Assembly: GCA_963833125.1 (NCBI GenBank)
Contig: CAWHWX010000023.1
Location: 1-49,379, forward strand
DNA length: 49,379 nt
Direction: 5' to 3'
Source: Candidatus Bathyarchaeota archaeon
GTDB taxonomy: Archaea > Thermoproteota > Bathyarchaeia > 40CM-2-53-6
Positions within the stretch are counted from its first letter, which is position 1; every line of letters begins with the position of its first letter. Positions 1 to 10,262 of the stretch are shown here, in pieces. The notes below the pieces were generated by a model. It ran no database searches. It was not told the origin of the DNA and saw only the letters and a list, made by a program, of their open reading frames with translations. The position numbers and the translations under genes were made by a program.

Positions 1-113
1 TGCGGTGAGTCAAGTTCGAATAGAAATTATCCAACGCAACGTAATCATCGGGTGGCGGGGATAATTCCAGTCACTAACTCAGGTTTAACTACGAAGGAAG
101 ATGTATTCGTCGC

Positions 114-515
114 ATGCCGAAATTCAATATCGACGAAACTGCCAGCACCCCTGGGCCTGGAGACTATTTTGTTGGGAAGGTGAAGATTCAAGCCGTAATC
201 AACGACTCGATCACCAAAGATGTCGAGGTTTTCTTGGTAAGTTCCGCGGATGGCGCCCGCACCAAGGTCCATTACCACGACTCCGACCAAGTATTGATGG
301 CGGCCGAGGGTCAGGGCGTGTTAGCCGTGCAGACCCAGGTTAAACTTGGAGAAGATGGCAAAGCTCCAGGTGACCTTCGGAGACGTCCAGCCTCTGAAGA
401 AAGGCGACTTTGTCTGCATCCCTCCTTTCTCGTGGCACTGGCACGGTGCCCAGAAAGGGGAGAACTTCTCGCATTACCAAATCAAGCGACCGTGTAAGAC
501 GGTATGGTCGAGTGA
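114..515 (+). CDS. Cupin-domain protein (frameshifted; 3' end uncertain)
   Basis: Cupin motif 1 (GARTKVHYHDSDQVLM) is in ORF 114..497 and motif 2 (GDFVCIPPFSWHWHGA) is in overlapping ORF 346..588, joined by an indel near 350-365. The end is inferred at TGA 513-515 (alternatively 588). Confidence 0.75.
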
Positions 516-543
516 AACGGTTTGGGGGAGTTATTTGCATCGT

Positions 544-1202
544 CTAATGGGACCTATGTTTATTGTTGCAATTTTTCTTTTGGCTTGAAACCAGGGAAAA
601 GTGCGGAGTTGCAGCCTGATGGACACCTAATACTTTGAATGCGAACTGGACGGCTGGTCCAATGGCGATTGCAACAATCAAGGTTCCAAGCCATGCCGGT
701 CCACCTAAGAGCCAACCGACCGCAACAACCATGACCTCTATGCATGTTCGAGCGACTCGCACACTGATCTTCCCAAGCCTCGACATCGCCAGCATTAGAG
801 AATCCCGTGGTCCCGCTCCCGCAGGTCCACTCCGATGTAAATCGCAGTTGCAAACCCCATTATGATCGTTCCCAGGAGAAGATAGGCCACTTGAATTGGG
901 AATAGGTGCGGAACTGACGGAACGTACGGTTTCATGAAGTCTACCCATAGGCCAATGAAAATCATGTTTGCGATGGTCCCCCAACCCAACGGTTCTTTGA
1001 GAGCAATGTCGACTAAGATGACGAGGAAAGCGACGATAATGTTCGACTCTCCAAGAGTAAGAGGCAAGTGGTATGTTAATGCCATTTGAAGCACATCCCA
1101 GGAATCCAGACCTAAACTCGCTTGAACCAGGATATTGATAGAAATCCCGAAGAGCAAGAAGCCTATCTGAATGATGGAGAAATCACTCGCAAATCTTTTC
1201 AT
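544..1202 (-). CDS. YczE/YyaS/YitT-family membrane protein (frameshifted)
   Basis: ASLGLDSWDVL, GWGTIANMIFIG, GAGPRDSLM and GWLLGGPAWLGT motifs are spread over ORFs 795..1313 and 544..984. ATG at 1202 (MKRFASDF). Confidence 0.8.
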
Positions 1203-1296
1203 CCCTTCCACTGACCTTTGACGAATTGCAAGCTGTATCTCTTGTTCCGTTGCGGCAAGACACTGCCTATGCGCTACCGCTAATGCCTGGAACCCA

Positions 1297-1850
1297 CTAA
1301 CGTGTCTGAACATTCACTGTCCATTCGACAAGATTCTCCAGCAGAGTTCTCAATGTCTTTTTGGTGCCTTCGTCTTTGAGTCTGAGATCATTGTCAAACG
1401 CATCCCGAGCCATTCCTACAAATAATTCCGGACGGTTCATCGTGTACATGTTCAGGTCTACCAAAATCTGTCGCAGATGCATTTGAGAGCGCACCCCTCC
1501 CCTCGGCCCTGTCGACACACTCATCATGGCGGCGGCTTTGCCATCCCATACGTTGTCCGGCCGGTTCCCCCACTCTATAGCATTCTTGAGTAGCGCCGAA
1601 ATCAGCGGTTATGCTCTGGCGTGGCGAAAAGCACGGCATCCGACTTCCTAAGCTCGTCCTTAAACTCACGAACGGTTGTCGGTGGCTCATCCTCCAAATC
1701 TTGATTGAATAATGGGAATCCAGCGACGTTCGCTATTTTGAGCGTCACATTTTCCGGCAGCATACGAACCGCCTCCTCCAAGAGCGCCTGATTGTAAGAT
1801 CCATTCCTACTACTGCCAGATATCCCAAGTATCTTCAAAGTTAGTGCCAC
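1297..1850 (-). CDS. NADPH-dependent FMN reductase (frameshifted)
   Basis: ILGISGSSRNGSYN, DAVLFATPEHN and STGPRGGVRSQMHLRQ motifs are split across ORFs 1602..1892 and 1297..1527. GTG start at 1850. Confidence 0.85.
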
Positions 1851-2020
1851 GGACAGGTGATTGCGAAGTGTAGTGCAAAAGTCTTGTGACACAATAGAAC
1901 CAAATGTAAGTCAAATTGGCTGCGTCAAGAATTTCCATAAGAAAAAACTTCGTGGCCTGTGTAATGTTATGGATGCGCAAGCTCTATTTGGAGGTTGCAG
2001 CTTGCGATGCGAGACTAACT

Positions 2021-2931
2021 ATGAAACGAACCCGTGTCCCCTTCATTCGAAGGGCGCTTTCTTTCGAATTTGGAGCATTAGCGATCATCGCTGTTATCAT
2101 TCTCACGGCGGCCTTCTCGCTTGCATATCGGCCGCTCGCCCCGAACATTTCACAGGCAACCACATCATCCCAGTCGGGTGGCGAGCCCAGTCAGCTCCCA
2201 GTGATGAACCAATCGCCCACGTCACGTGCGATCTGGATTCAGTGGACCAAAGGCCAGTCAGGACAAGACCGTTTCAGCGCGAACTACATTGTCGTCAATC
2301 AAGGGGACACAGTGGAGCTTACTTTCCTCAACAACGACACCGTGATCCACAACTTCGTCATAGGAGCACCCTACTTCATAGAAGTGAACGCTTCAGTTCC
2401 AGGCCTAATCAATGACCTCACTGGCGCGAAAGTTACGGGCCCAGCAACCAACAACTCTCCCGGAGTCGTGGTGACCGGGAGTCGGGAAGTGTTACCGCAC
2501 GGTACAACTTCGTGGCTCAATATGCTGGAATATACGAGTTCGTCTGCACCTATCACGTCTCAATAGGAATGTTTGGCTACCTGGTCGTATTGCCGAATGG
2601 TGCGTACCAACCAACAAACACTACCGCACTCACGACGCCCTCCAGTCCAGCTACGTCGAATGTGGCCATCCTAGCAGGTGCCGCGTACCCTAATTCGACC
2701 GGGTTCTCACCCTCGACCATAACCGTAGTGATTGGCGTGAACAACACTGTGCGATGGGTGAACAACGACACCGCCCCTCATACCGTCACGTCAACGGACC
2801 ATAGTTTCGACTCAGGTAACCTGAATCCTGGTGATACCTTCACCTACACGTTCACCCAACCAGGCACATACACTTACGTCTGCACGTACCATCCCTGGAT
2901 GAAAGGAACGGTAATCGTGGTATCCGCCTAA
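2021..2931 (+). CDS. Membrane-anchored tandem cupredoxin (blue copper) protein (frameshifted near 2480-2510)
   Basis: N-terminal TM helix. Domain 1: NNDTVIHNF...YEFVCTYHVSIGMFG. Domain 2: WVNNDTAPHTVT...YVCTYHPWMKG. Each has the type-1 Cu His/Cys/His/Met ligand set. Confidence 0.8.
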
Positions 2932-2953
2932 CCTTCATGAGACTCTTGGAAAA

Positions 2954-3140
2954 GGTGACGTCAAGTTAACGTTTGTTCAGAGATTCTTCTTGTTTTCTGT
3001 GCGGAATTAAGGGGGGGTGGATCCACCCCTCGAGGGGTGGAGCCAAACGGTGCCAAACGAAGATACCTCTCGCCCCATTCTACGCCTCGATCCCCCCAAA
3101 CGAAGCAGTTTGCAGCAGCAACTAACAAGTTGACGTTACC
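2954..3140. mobile_element. 187-bp MITE-like non-autonomous element with IS1-like terminal inverted repeats
   Basis: The left end GGTGACGTCAAGTT and the reverse complement of the right end GGTAACGTCAACTT match 12/14. The element is flanked by direct repeat TGGAAAA at 2947-2953 and 3141-3147, encodes no transposase and lies between convergent genes. Confidence 0.7.
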
Positions 3141-3148
3141 TGGAAAAG

Positions 3149-4195
3149 TTAGTAGTCCGTTTCGAACTTGTCGAGCACGTCCAATTGGTCAAACCGCTTA
3201 TACTTCCAGACCAGCACCGAAACTACCCAAGACAGCAGAAAAATCAGAACGATCGCGAATCCAACCGTTTCGAAGTCAAGACCATTAAGCCCGCTCCAAA
3301 ATCCCCCGGTCAGATTCAGTTCGTTGGATAAGACCTGGAGCAACTCAACCGATCCAATGGCAAGGGCGACTAGAACGGAGATCACGGTTACGGTTAAGTT
3401 GTAGTAGATTTTGCGGATTGGATTAAGGAACGCCCAGCCATAGGCGGCGCGCATCGTTACACCGTCCGTAGTATCGATTAGAACCATGCCGCAGGTGAAC
3501 ATAAACGGCAGCACTAAAATCATCCAAATCGGAACAGAAGAGGACACACCTATCCCGACGCTGATCGCGATAAGTGCTATTTCCGTTGCAGTATCAAAGC
3601 CTAACCCAAACAGGACCCCGATGGGGTATATCTGCCAGGGACGATTGACGATCTTAAAGAGCGGGCGGAAATATCGGTTGAGGAACCCTCGTTTTTCCAG
3701 AATTGCCTCAAGTTGAACCTGGTTAAGCCTGCCTTGCTTCATTTCCTTGAAGAGGCGGTAGATGTTCACCACGATGACTATGTTCACGATTCCCATAAGC
3801 AGTAGGAAGGTGCCCGAAACCGTCGTGCCGATAATTGCCCCGCCACTTTCCAAATCCGGTATGTGACCGATAACGGTTCTAGTTGCAAGAATCAATGCGA
3901 CGATGAGCGCGACAACAATTGTCGAGTGTCCAAGCGAGAACCACAATCCTACAGTAAACGGCCGTTGATTATCCTGCATCAGCTTTCTAGTCGTATTATC
4001 GATCGCAGCAATATGATCCGCATCAACCCCATGCCGCAGACCGAACACATACGCAATTATGCCAAGGCCGGCGAGGAGCACCGATAGCTTACCAACGATG
4101 GCGGACGCTAGAAAACCAAAGATTGTGGCGAGAGCTATAATCGAATAAACAGTGACAATCTTCGCCTTCTCACTCCCTGAAAGCCCAACCGTCAA
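3149..4195 (-). CDS. HoxN/HupN/NixA-family nickel/cobalt permease (NiCoT)
   Basis: Signatures GLRHGVDADHIAAID, FSLGHSTIV and GLGFDTATE, with multiple TM helices. Probable TTG start at 4195 after AGGAGGAGG (the ORF track starts at 4234). Confidence 0.92.
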   Translation of the reverse strand: MTVGLSGSEKAKIVTVYSIIALATIFGFLASAIVGKLSVLLAGLGIIAYVFGLRHGVDADHIAAIDNTTRKLMQDNQRPFTVGLWFSLGHSTIVVALIVALILATRTVIGHIPDLESGGAIIGTTVSGTFLLLMGIVNIVIVVNIYRLFKEMKQGRLNQVQLEAILEKRGFLNRYFRPLFKIVNRPWQIYPIGVLFGLGFDTATEIALIAISVGIGVSSSVPIWMILVLPFMFTCGMVLIDTTDGVTMRAAYGWAFLNPIRKIYYNLTVTVISVLVALAIGSVELLQVLSNELNLTGGFWSGLNGLDFETVGFAIVLIFLLSWVVSVLVWKYKRFDQLDVLDKFETDY

Positions 4196-4241
4196 CGAAT
4201 GCCTCCTCCTGATCCTTTGCTCTCTGGGTAACATTAGACGA

Positions 4242-4266
4242 AATTACCCTGGAACGTGCAGTAATA
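4242..4266. promoter_or_regulatory. Candidate NikR-type operator
   Basis: ATTAC-N13-GTAAT inverted repeat (AATTA-N15-TAATA) about 50 bp upstream of the NiCoT start. Confidence 0.35.
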
Positions 4267-4445
4267 AGAAGCGTTCAGACAGAAATCGGGTTGAGAAAAC
4301 GAATAGAACAAGCTTTTCACTAAACCTATTCCAGTCATAACTCTCGCTGACTGGGTCAGCCTCACTTTTCCACTTGCCCCAGGTGGCTTCTACTTGGTAG
4401 AGAGGGGTTTATCAGTTCTAGCGCAAGTCTGCATCTTGTTGAATC

Positions 4446-5057
4446 TTGACTCAAAAAGAACCTAGAAGTCGCAGGGGTACGTTCTTAATGATTGTTGGCT
4501 TAGCCATTATTGCAATCCTGAGCCTAGGCTTCGTAGCCTACGCCTCTCTAAACCCGCAGAGGATGACGATTACGCAACAACAGTTCCTAACGAACACTCA
4601 GAACCAGTACGTTACTCAGACCGTAACCAGCGTCAGTACAGTCACGAACCTTGCAACGGTGACAACAGTTGCGAACGGTTTGTATACGGTGAATACTGGA
4701 GCCGGCCACATTGGATCTGGATCCTATAACTGTGGGAATTACGGGTGCACACCTCCCAGTCTTGGGGCGTATGTTAATCTGTGCACCTCATCCAGCGAAA
4801 ATAATACGGTTCAATGTTCAGGCATACTCTCTGAACCTACAAATGGCTGCATTGAACTCGCAATCCCATACACAAACCCCGATCTCCTAGAAGCCACCGC
4901 CTACCAATGGTACACCCTAAGAAATGCCCCATCGACACTTCCGTCCCCTGGAACATGGGTCACCGTGACAGGCCAACTCTCACAGGGCTACACCCAGGGA
5001 ACAAACGGCGCTGCCTGCCCGGGCACCTACATCAACGTGAACTCAATATCGCCCTGA
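4446..5057 (+). CDS. Hypothetical membrane-anchored exported protein (Thr-rich stalk, six-Cys C-terminal domain)
   Basis: 203-aa ORF with an N-terminal TM helix, a Thr/Val-rich linker and a Cys-containing beta-rich C-terminus (PGTWVTVTGQL). Confidence 0.7.
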   Translation: MTQKEPRSRRGTFLMIVGLAIIAILSLGFVAYASLNPQRMTITQQQFLTNTQNQYVTQTVTSVSTVTNLATVTTVANGLYTVNTGAGHIGSGSYNCGNYGCTPPSLGAYVNLCTSSSENNTVQCSGILSEPTNGCIELAIPYTNPDLLEATAYQWYTLRNAPSTLPSPGTWVTVTGQLSQGYTQGTNGAACPGTYINVNSISP

Positions 5058-5082
5058 AGCTGATATCGACTTACCTGCATCG

Positions 5083-5538
5083 TCACTTGTGTGATTGTTT
5101 CAGGAGAACGGCGCATAGGACGATCAATAGGCTTTGACCAATTAGGACTTGAACCGTACCAAGGGGAAACCATCCTGTGGACCAGGGTATGATTCTTCCT
5201 AGGAATACGTTGGGCATGCTTCTCGTGTCTATAAGCAGCAAGTTATCTACGATAGCAAGTACAATCAAGCCGACATTTGTCAACTTGGTCAGTTTACCTG
5301 AAGCGACAAGAAAACCTCCGAGAATATACACGATTGTTGCGATGAGGAAGTAGGCGCCTATCGCGGAGAACGGGAACATTGGATGAAAGGGGACCTGGCC
5401 TGTGGGCGGGGGTGGGGGTGGTCGGCTTCCGGCTGGTCTGAATAGGAAGGAGATACCTGGGGTGAGGGGAGCATGGCCATACGCCATAAGGAACGCATCC
5501 AACGCCACGATAACCCGCAGAAATCCAGAAGCAGCCAC
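5083..5538 (-). CDS. Hypothetical 4-TM membrane protein
   Basis: 151-aa ORF with four hydrophobic segments and a poly-Pro loop. Confidence 0.65.
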   Translation of the reverse strand: MAASGFLRVIVALDAFLMAYGHAPLTPGISFLFRPAGSRPPPPPPTGQVPFHPMFPFSAIGAYFLIATIVYILGGFLVASGKLTKLTNVGLIVLAIVDNLLLIDTRSMPNVFLGRIIPWSTGWFPLGTVQVLIGQSLLIVLCAVLLKQSHK

Positions 5539-5642
5539 TCAACACACCGACTACAGCACGTAGTTAAACTTCGAATTAATAAGATATTCGCGTTTCTTAG
5601 GCTGGGAACGTTCTCGCTGAACCTCCTCACAGATAATTGCAA

Positions 5643-5957
5643 CTACTCCCGTACGTTTCCTTCCTGGAATAATGCGATTCGATAGGGGAATATTTCGCCC
5701 CTGAATACGTTGTTCTTCACCGCTGGATCTCCAAGAAGGATCTGGTGGGCCGCTTCTACCGATTCCGAATTGAAGATAACTATTCCGAAGCTACTGGTGT
5801 CGGTATTTAGCGTTCTTCCAGCGAGAATCACAATTCCCTTTTCCATCAACGTCTTCAGGTAGGAAAAGTGTTGGGCAATTATTTCCTTCTCGTTCGTGGT
5901 TGGCCCTATCGTCAGTAATTCTGGACGCACAGGCTGAATTTTGTAAAGAAACTGCAT
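5643..5957 (-). CDS. YciI-family protein
   Basis: HFSYLK...GIVILAGRT...FGIVIF...DPAVKNNV pattern. It abuts the upstream DJ-1 gene. Confidence 0.85.
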   Translation of the reverse strand: MQFLYKIQPVRPELLTIGPTTNEKEIIAQHFSYLKTLMEKGIVILAGRTLNTDTSSFGIVIFNSESVEAAHQILLGDPAVKNNVFRGEIFPYRIALFQEGNVRE

Positions 5958-6534
5958 TTACCCACCCACCGTTCTGGGCTCGTATTCCATTAGTTCCATC
6001 ACCTGATTTTCTATATGTTCACCAAAGAGATCACGCACAATTGCGAGAGCCAAGTCTATGCCTGCACTGATCCCTGCCGACGTGCTCACTCGTTCTCCCC
6101 TCGTATATCTGACACCGGACAAGACTTGGATGTTTGGATATTCCCGAAGTGACTCGAATGATGAATGATGGGTCGTCGCTTTCTGGCCTGCGAGGATTCC
6201 AGCCTCTGCCAGAATAAGTGCCCCAGTACACACGCTAACGATCTGAGCACCAGCAGTACCCTGCTGGCGAACAAATGAAAGCGTTTCAGAGTCATTCTTG
6301 ACTTCACGGGCACCCTTACCTCCTGGTACGATGAGCAATTCTAGGGGTGGACAATCACTAAAGCTGCAGTTAGGTTGCACCTGGAGTCCATACCTACAAC
6401 GAACCTGACGGCCTTGCCGAGATTGTCACTATCTCGATTTGTCCCGTGAAACGTGCCGCCGCGCCGAACACCTCCAAAGGACCTGCAAAGTCCAATTCCT
6501 CCACATCATCGAATAGTAGTACCCCCACCCGCAT
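5958..6534 (-). CDS. DJ-1/PfpI-family protein (frameshifted near 6400-6460)
   Basis: The N-terminus read from the sequence is MRVGVLLFDDVEELDFAGPLEVFG. The C-terminal ORF has IVPGG, SVCTGA (catalytic Cys) and TSAGISAGID. Confidence 0.85.
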
Positions 6535-6647
6535 CATAACGAGACACCAACATTGTCAACAAAATCGTTGGGGAACATAACAAACTTTCTAGCGTCCGCT
6601 AACGGCGAACGATGTTCGAAAACGGTGGAGACATTCACCAACAGGGA

Positions 6648-6663
6648 GCCGTCAAATGACGGT
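6648..6663. promoter_or_regulatory. Palindromic operator copy 1 (GCCGTCA-AA-TGACGGT)
   Basis: Near-perfect inverted repeat in the divergent DJ-1/SBP intergenic region. It matches the copy at 9458-9473. Confidence 0.55.
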
Positions 6664-6732
6664 GAATTCACCACCAAATGAACACAATCCGCAATCACAC
6701 CATCAATTCTCGTCAATTGCGAGAACCCAATT

Positions 6733-6748
6733 GCCGTCAGATCACGGG
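6733..6748. promoter_or_regulatory. Palindromic operator copy 2, degenerate (GCCGTCA-GA-TCACGGG)
   Basis: One perfect half-site and one half-site with 2 mismatches, 85 bp from copy 1. Confidence 0.4.
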
Positions 6749-6906
6749 CGCCATCTAATACGGCCCATCGGAAATACGCCTAGAGAAAAATACTTCCACA
6801 AACTAAACGCAACAATTCTGAAAGAAAGAAACGATCTAACTTCTCGCACAATTTTGTGGAAATAACTAAATGAAAATCTCTCATGTTGACTCTAATGTGA
6901 TTTGAA

Positions 6907-9313
6907 TTGTCACAGAAAATTTGCAAAGAAATATTCGCAGGAATATGTTTAGCGATACTAGTTTACGTTACGCTATCCAGTACTATACCAATACTATTTG
7001 CAAACGTTCAAGCGCAGTCAGCACCCATATTTTCCGTCACATTGATTGCCCCAACAGGCGGCAACACGGTCAGGCGGCAATATGCGAGCATCATCACCGG
7101 CAACATGATAGCAGTCGGAATAGATGCGAAGCTTTTCTACGTGAACTTCGACCAGCTTGCAAACCGTTTGTTTGCTGCAACCGCTTCTCCTGGATCATCT
7201 TTCAGCCAAGGCGGTTATGATATTGGGTTCATCGGTTGGGGTTTTACGGCCTTCGTGCCCGATTTCAGAGGTAACTTCGACGGACGACCAGCGTATCTTC
7301 CGCCAACTGGCAGCAACTATGCGTATTACAACAGCCCCACCGTGAACGGGATATTTGACAAGCTATACACAAGCACCGACACGGCCACGCAAGTACAGTT
7401 AACGCATCAATTCCAAGAACAAATCTTCAACGATGCACCCTACAACTACATCTACGAAGCGATTGACCCAGTTCCCAGATCGTCGAAATTTACCGCTTGG
7501 GGCAACCAAGGCGTTTACAGTGAGGTTACGTTCCCCGACATACAGCATTGGGGAGGCTCAGACAGCCTCACAATGGCTGAAGCTAACGACATCTTCCCTG
7601 GAAACAACCTAAACCCAGCAGTAACATCTGCTTCGAACTCATTCTATGCACTCTACGTGTACGGAGCCATAATGGGTGGGTCATTGCAGGAAGCTGACCC
7701 TCGCTGCAGTTGCTACATACCCGGAACAGCTCAGAACATCACCTCAAGCCCGGACGGAACGACTTGGACAGTTAACATCAAGCCTGGTGTTATGTTCCAG
7801 GACGGTGTTGAGGTTACGGCAGACGACTTCGTGTTCACACAATATGCACTAAATAATCCCAACACAGCCAGCACAAGCCTCGGCAGCAATGTAGCCTATC
7901 TCGGAAGCAAAGTCACCTTCACGTTCCTGAACGGAACATCGAGGGTTGATGACAATACCGGTCCCGGAGTTCCTGAGACGGATGGTTGGTGGAAAGCCAC
8001 TAGCAAGTACCAGTTCCAATTCCACATGCCTGCAGTCTATGCTTTCACTAGCGATACCTACGCTGCTCTCACTCCGTTCCCCATGCACATAATGGAGAAG
8101 TTTCCATTCTCTACTTGGGATAGCGCTCCCTTCAGCACGGCAAATGGACCTTACACCTACACTTGGGACACGAAGCAGTACGGAGGCTCGGGCAGCTACA
8201 CTGCCACTGGTCCAGTGGGTGCCGGTCCTTACGAGTTGCAGAACTACGACTTCACCAACAATATCGCCACATTAACCAAATTCCCAGGATACTGGAACGC
8301 CACCGGATTGGAATCAATGGGACAGTTCTCAATTAACACCTACAAAGTTCAATGGATAAGCAACAAAGATTCCGCAATCGCCGCACTGAAGAACGGTCAA
8401 GTTGACCTCTTAGACTGGAACTACGCGCTCGCGAAAGACAGACCAACGCTCAACCAGCTTCCAAACCTGACCATCATTAACGCAACAGAGTTAGGTTGGC
8501 AGGAGATGGGGTTCAACATGAACAATCCAGTCTTCGGCACAGGAACGGCAACACCGGCCGGACAGAGCGATCCAACCAAAGCAGCTGAAGCAGCTCGAGA
8601 TATCCGCAAAGCAATCAGCCACATGATACCTCGTGACCTGATCGTGAGCGATCTCTTAGCCGGAGCTGCTTATCCGCTGGCTAGTTTCCTCGGCCCAGGA
8701 TGGGGCGTCTGGTACGACTCGACCCTCGCACCTGACAGCTACGACCTAAACGCCGCAGCATCGCTGCTACAACAAGCCGGCTACACAGTCAGCGTCACAC
8801 CGCCCGCACCAATTGCTGAGGCGGGAAGTCCGATGCTGGGTAGTGGTTCAGTAACCATATCCGGTACTGGCCCCGCCGGCGAGCATGTTGGTGATGGTTC
8901 AGCAAAGCACTGATGGCGGTAACACGTGGGCTGATTTCGCTCCACTCTTAACCGACAACTCCAGCAGATATCAAACCTCAGTACCAGCACCACCCGCTTT
9001 CGGCTCGGTATGGTACCGAGCGAACTTCACCGGCATCGTACCAACACCCAGCATAGTGGCTGGAATCCAGAACGGCACAATTACGCTCAACGAGATGGAA
9101 TACCAACAACTAACCAGCAACAGCACCAACTGGCTCAATCACCGAGTCCTATGGATCCCACCACCCGGCCAAACACAAACCACCGACCCCGTAACCGTCT
9201 CATCCGCGTCTACCGACGCAACGGTTGTAGCCGTACCGATCGTGATAATCGTTGCAATCGTAGGCGTAGCCCTCTGGATGCGAAGCCGCAAAAAGTCGTC
9301 TAAAGCGACCTGA
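6907..9313 (+). CDS. ABC transporter peptide/nickel-type (family 5) substrate-binding protein with C-terminal membrane anchor (frameshift near 8885)
   Basis: Signal peptide. SPDGTTWTVNIKPGVMFQDGVEVTADDFVFT, PVGAGPY, ALKNGQVD, IRKAISHMIPR and YDLNAAASLL motifs. ORF 8885..9313 supplies a beta-rich domain, a TM helix and a basic tail. Confidence 0.88.
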
Positions 9314-9328
9314 TATTCCCACCAGCGC

Positions 9329-9380
9329 GATAACGCATGGGTAACAGTGTCACGCCCCATGCGCTATCACTCCTTTTTTC
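9329..9380 (+). terminator. Hairpin plus T-rich tract after the SBP gene
   Basis: GATAACGCATGGG...CCCATGCGCTATC stem followed by CCTTTTTTCTTCT. Confidence 0.5.
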
Positions 9381-9457
9381 TTCTCATAATTGAAGTCCAC
9401 AATATCTCCCATGAAATCCAGTCACCTTCTTCTGACTCCTAACTTCTGGTTGTATTA

Positions 9458-9473
9458 GCCGTCAGGTGACGGC
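9458..9473. promoter_or_regulatory. Palindromic operator copy 3 (GCCGTCA-GG-TGACGGC)
   Basis: Perfect 7-2-7 inverted repeat about 63 bp upstream of the HTH regulator gene. Confidence 0.55.
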
Positions 9474-9536
9474 AATCGGTTAGTTTTTTGTGGGCAGCCT
9501 TTTGTGGTAACAGAATACTAGGATCCAGGATCCGTC

Positions 9537-10245
9537 TTGTACGAAGTAGCGTATCGAATCAAGCATGAAAATTGCCCATACAGTGCAATTTCGGCTAAGC
9601 ATCCAAATACTAAGATTTGGCATTGGTGCAACTCTAAAGTCGACTTTTTCGAGATTCGAGGAGAGGGCTCACTTCAGGCCGCACGAGACTTGAAGCGACT
9701 CGTCAAGGAAGTTGGAAGAAACATGAAACTGGAAACTTTCGCAAAACGCGACGGACTCGTAATAACGGGATCGGTCATATGCCCATGTTACTTCTTGTTG
9801 CAGAGGGCCAATTCGACAATCATTCACTTCCAAATTGACCGTTACCATTGCGCGTGTATCGGACCGGCGATTCACGAAAACGGCTGGGAGTACCACCGAA
9901 TTGCCGCCCCACATTCAACTGAGTTGAGGGGTTTGCTTGAAACACTCAGCAAGATGGGCGAAATGGAATTGCTTTTGAAAAAACAATACCAAGGAGATTT
10001 CGCACAGAACACCTATACGCTCTCCATTGCAGAATTGTTCCGCAAATTGACTGAGAAGCAACGACGAGCGCTCGTGAACGCCTTAGACAACGGCTACTAT
10101 ACAATTCCGAGGCGTACTACCGTGGGCAAACTCGCTGGTGCGAAGGGTGTCCCGCTGAACGACGTTTGAAGAGCATCTTCACAAGGCAGAAAGTAAAGTA
10201 CTGCGATCCCTTGGTCCATACCTACGAGTTTTTGACCCTACTTAG
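9537..10245 (+). CDS. Bacterio-opsin-activator (Bat)-type HTH transcriptional regulator (frameshift near 10155)
   Basis: LTEKQRRALVNALDNGYYTIPRRTTVGKLA, then in the shifted frame TTFEEHLHKAESKVL, ending at TAG 10243-10245. Confidence 0.85.
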
Positions 10246-10262
10246 CATCTAGATATCTCCTG

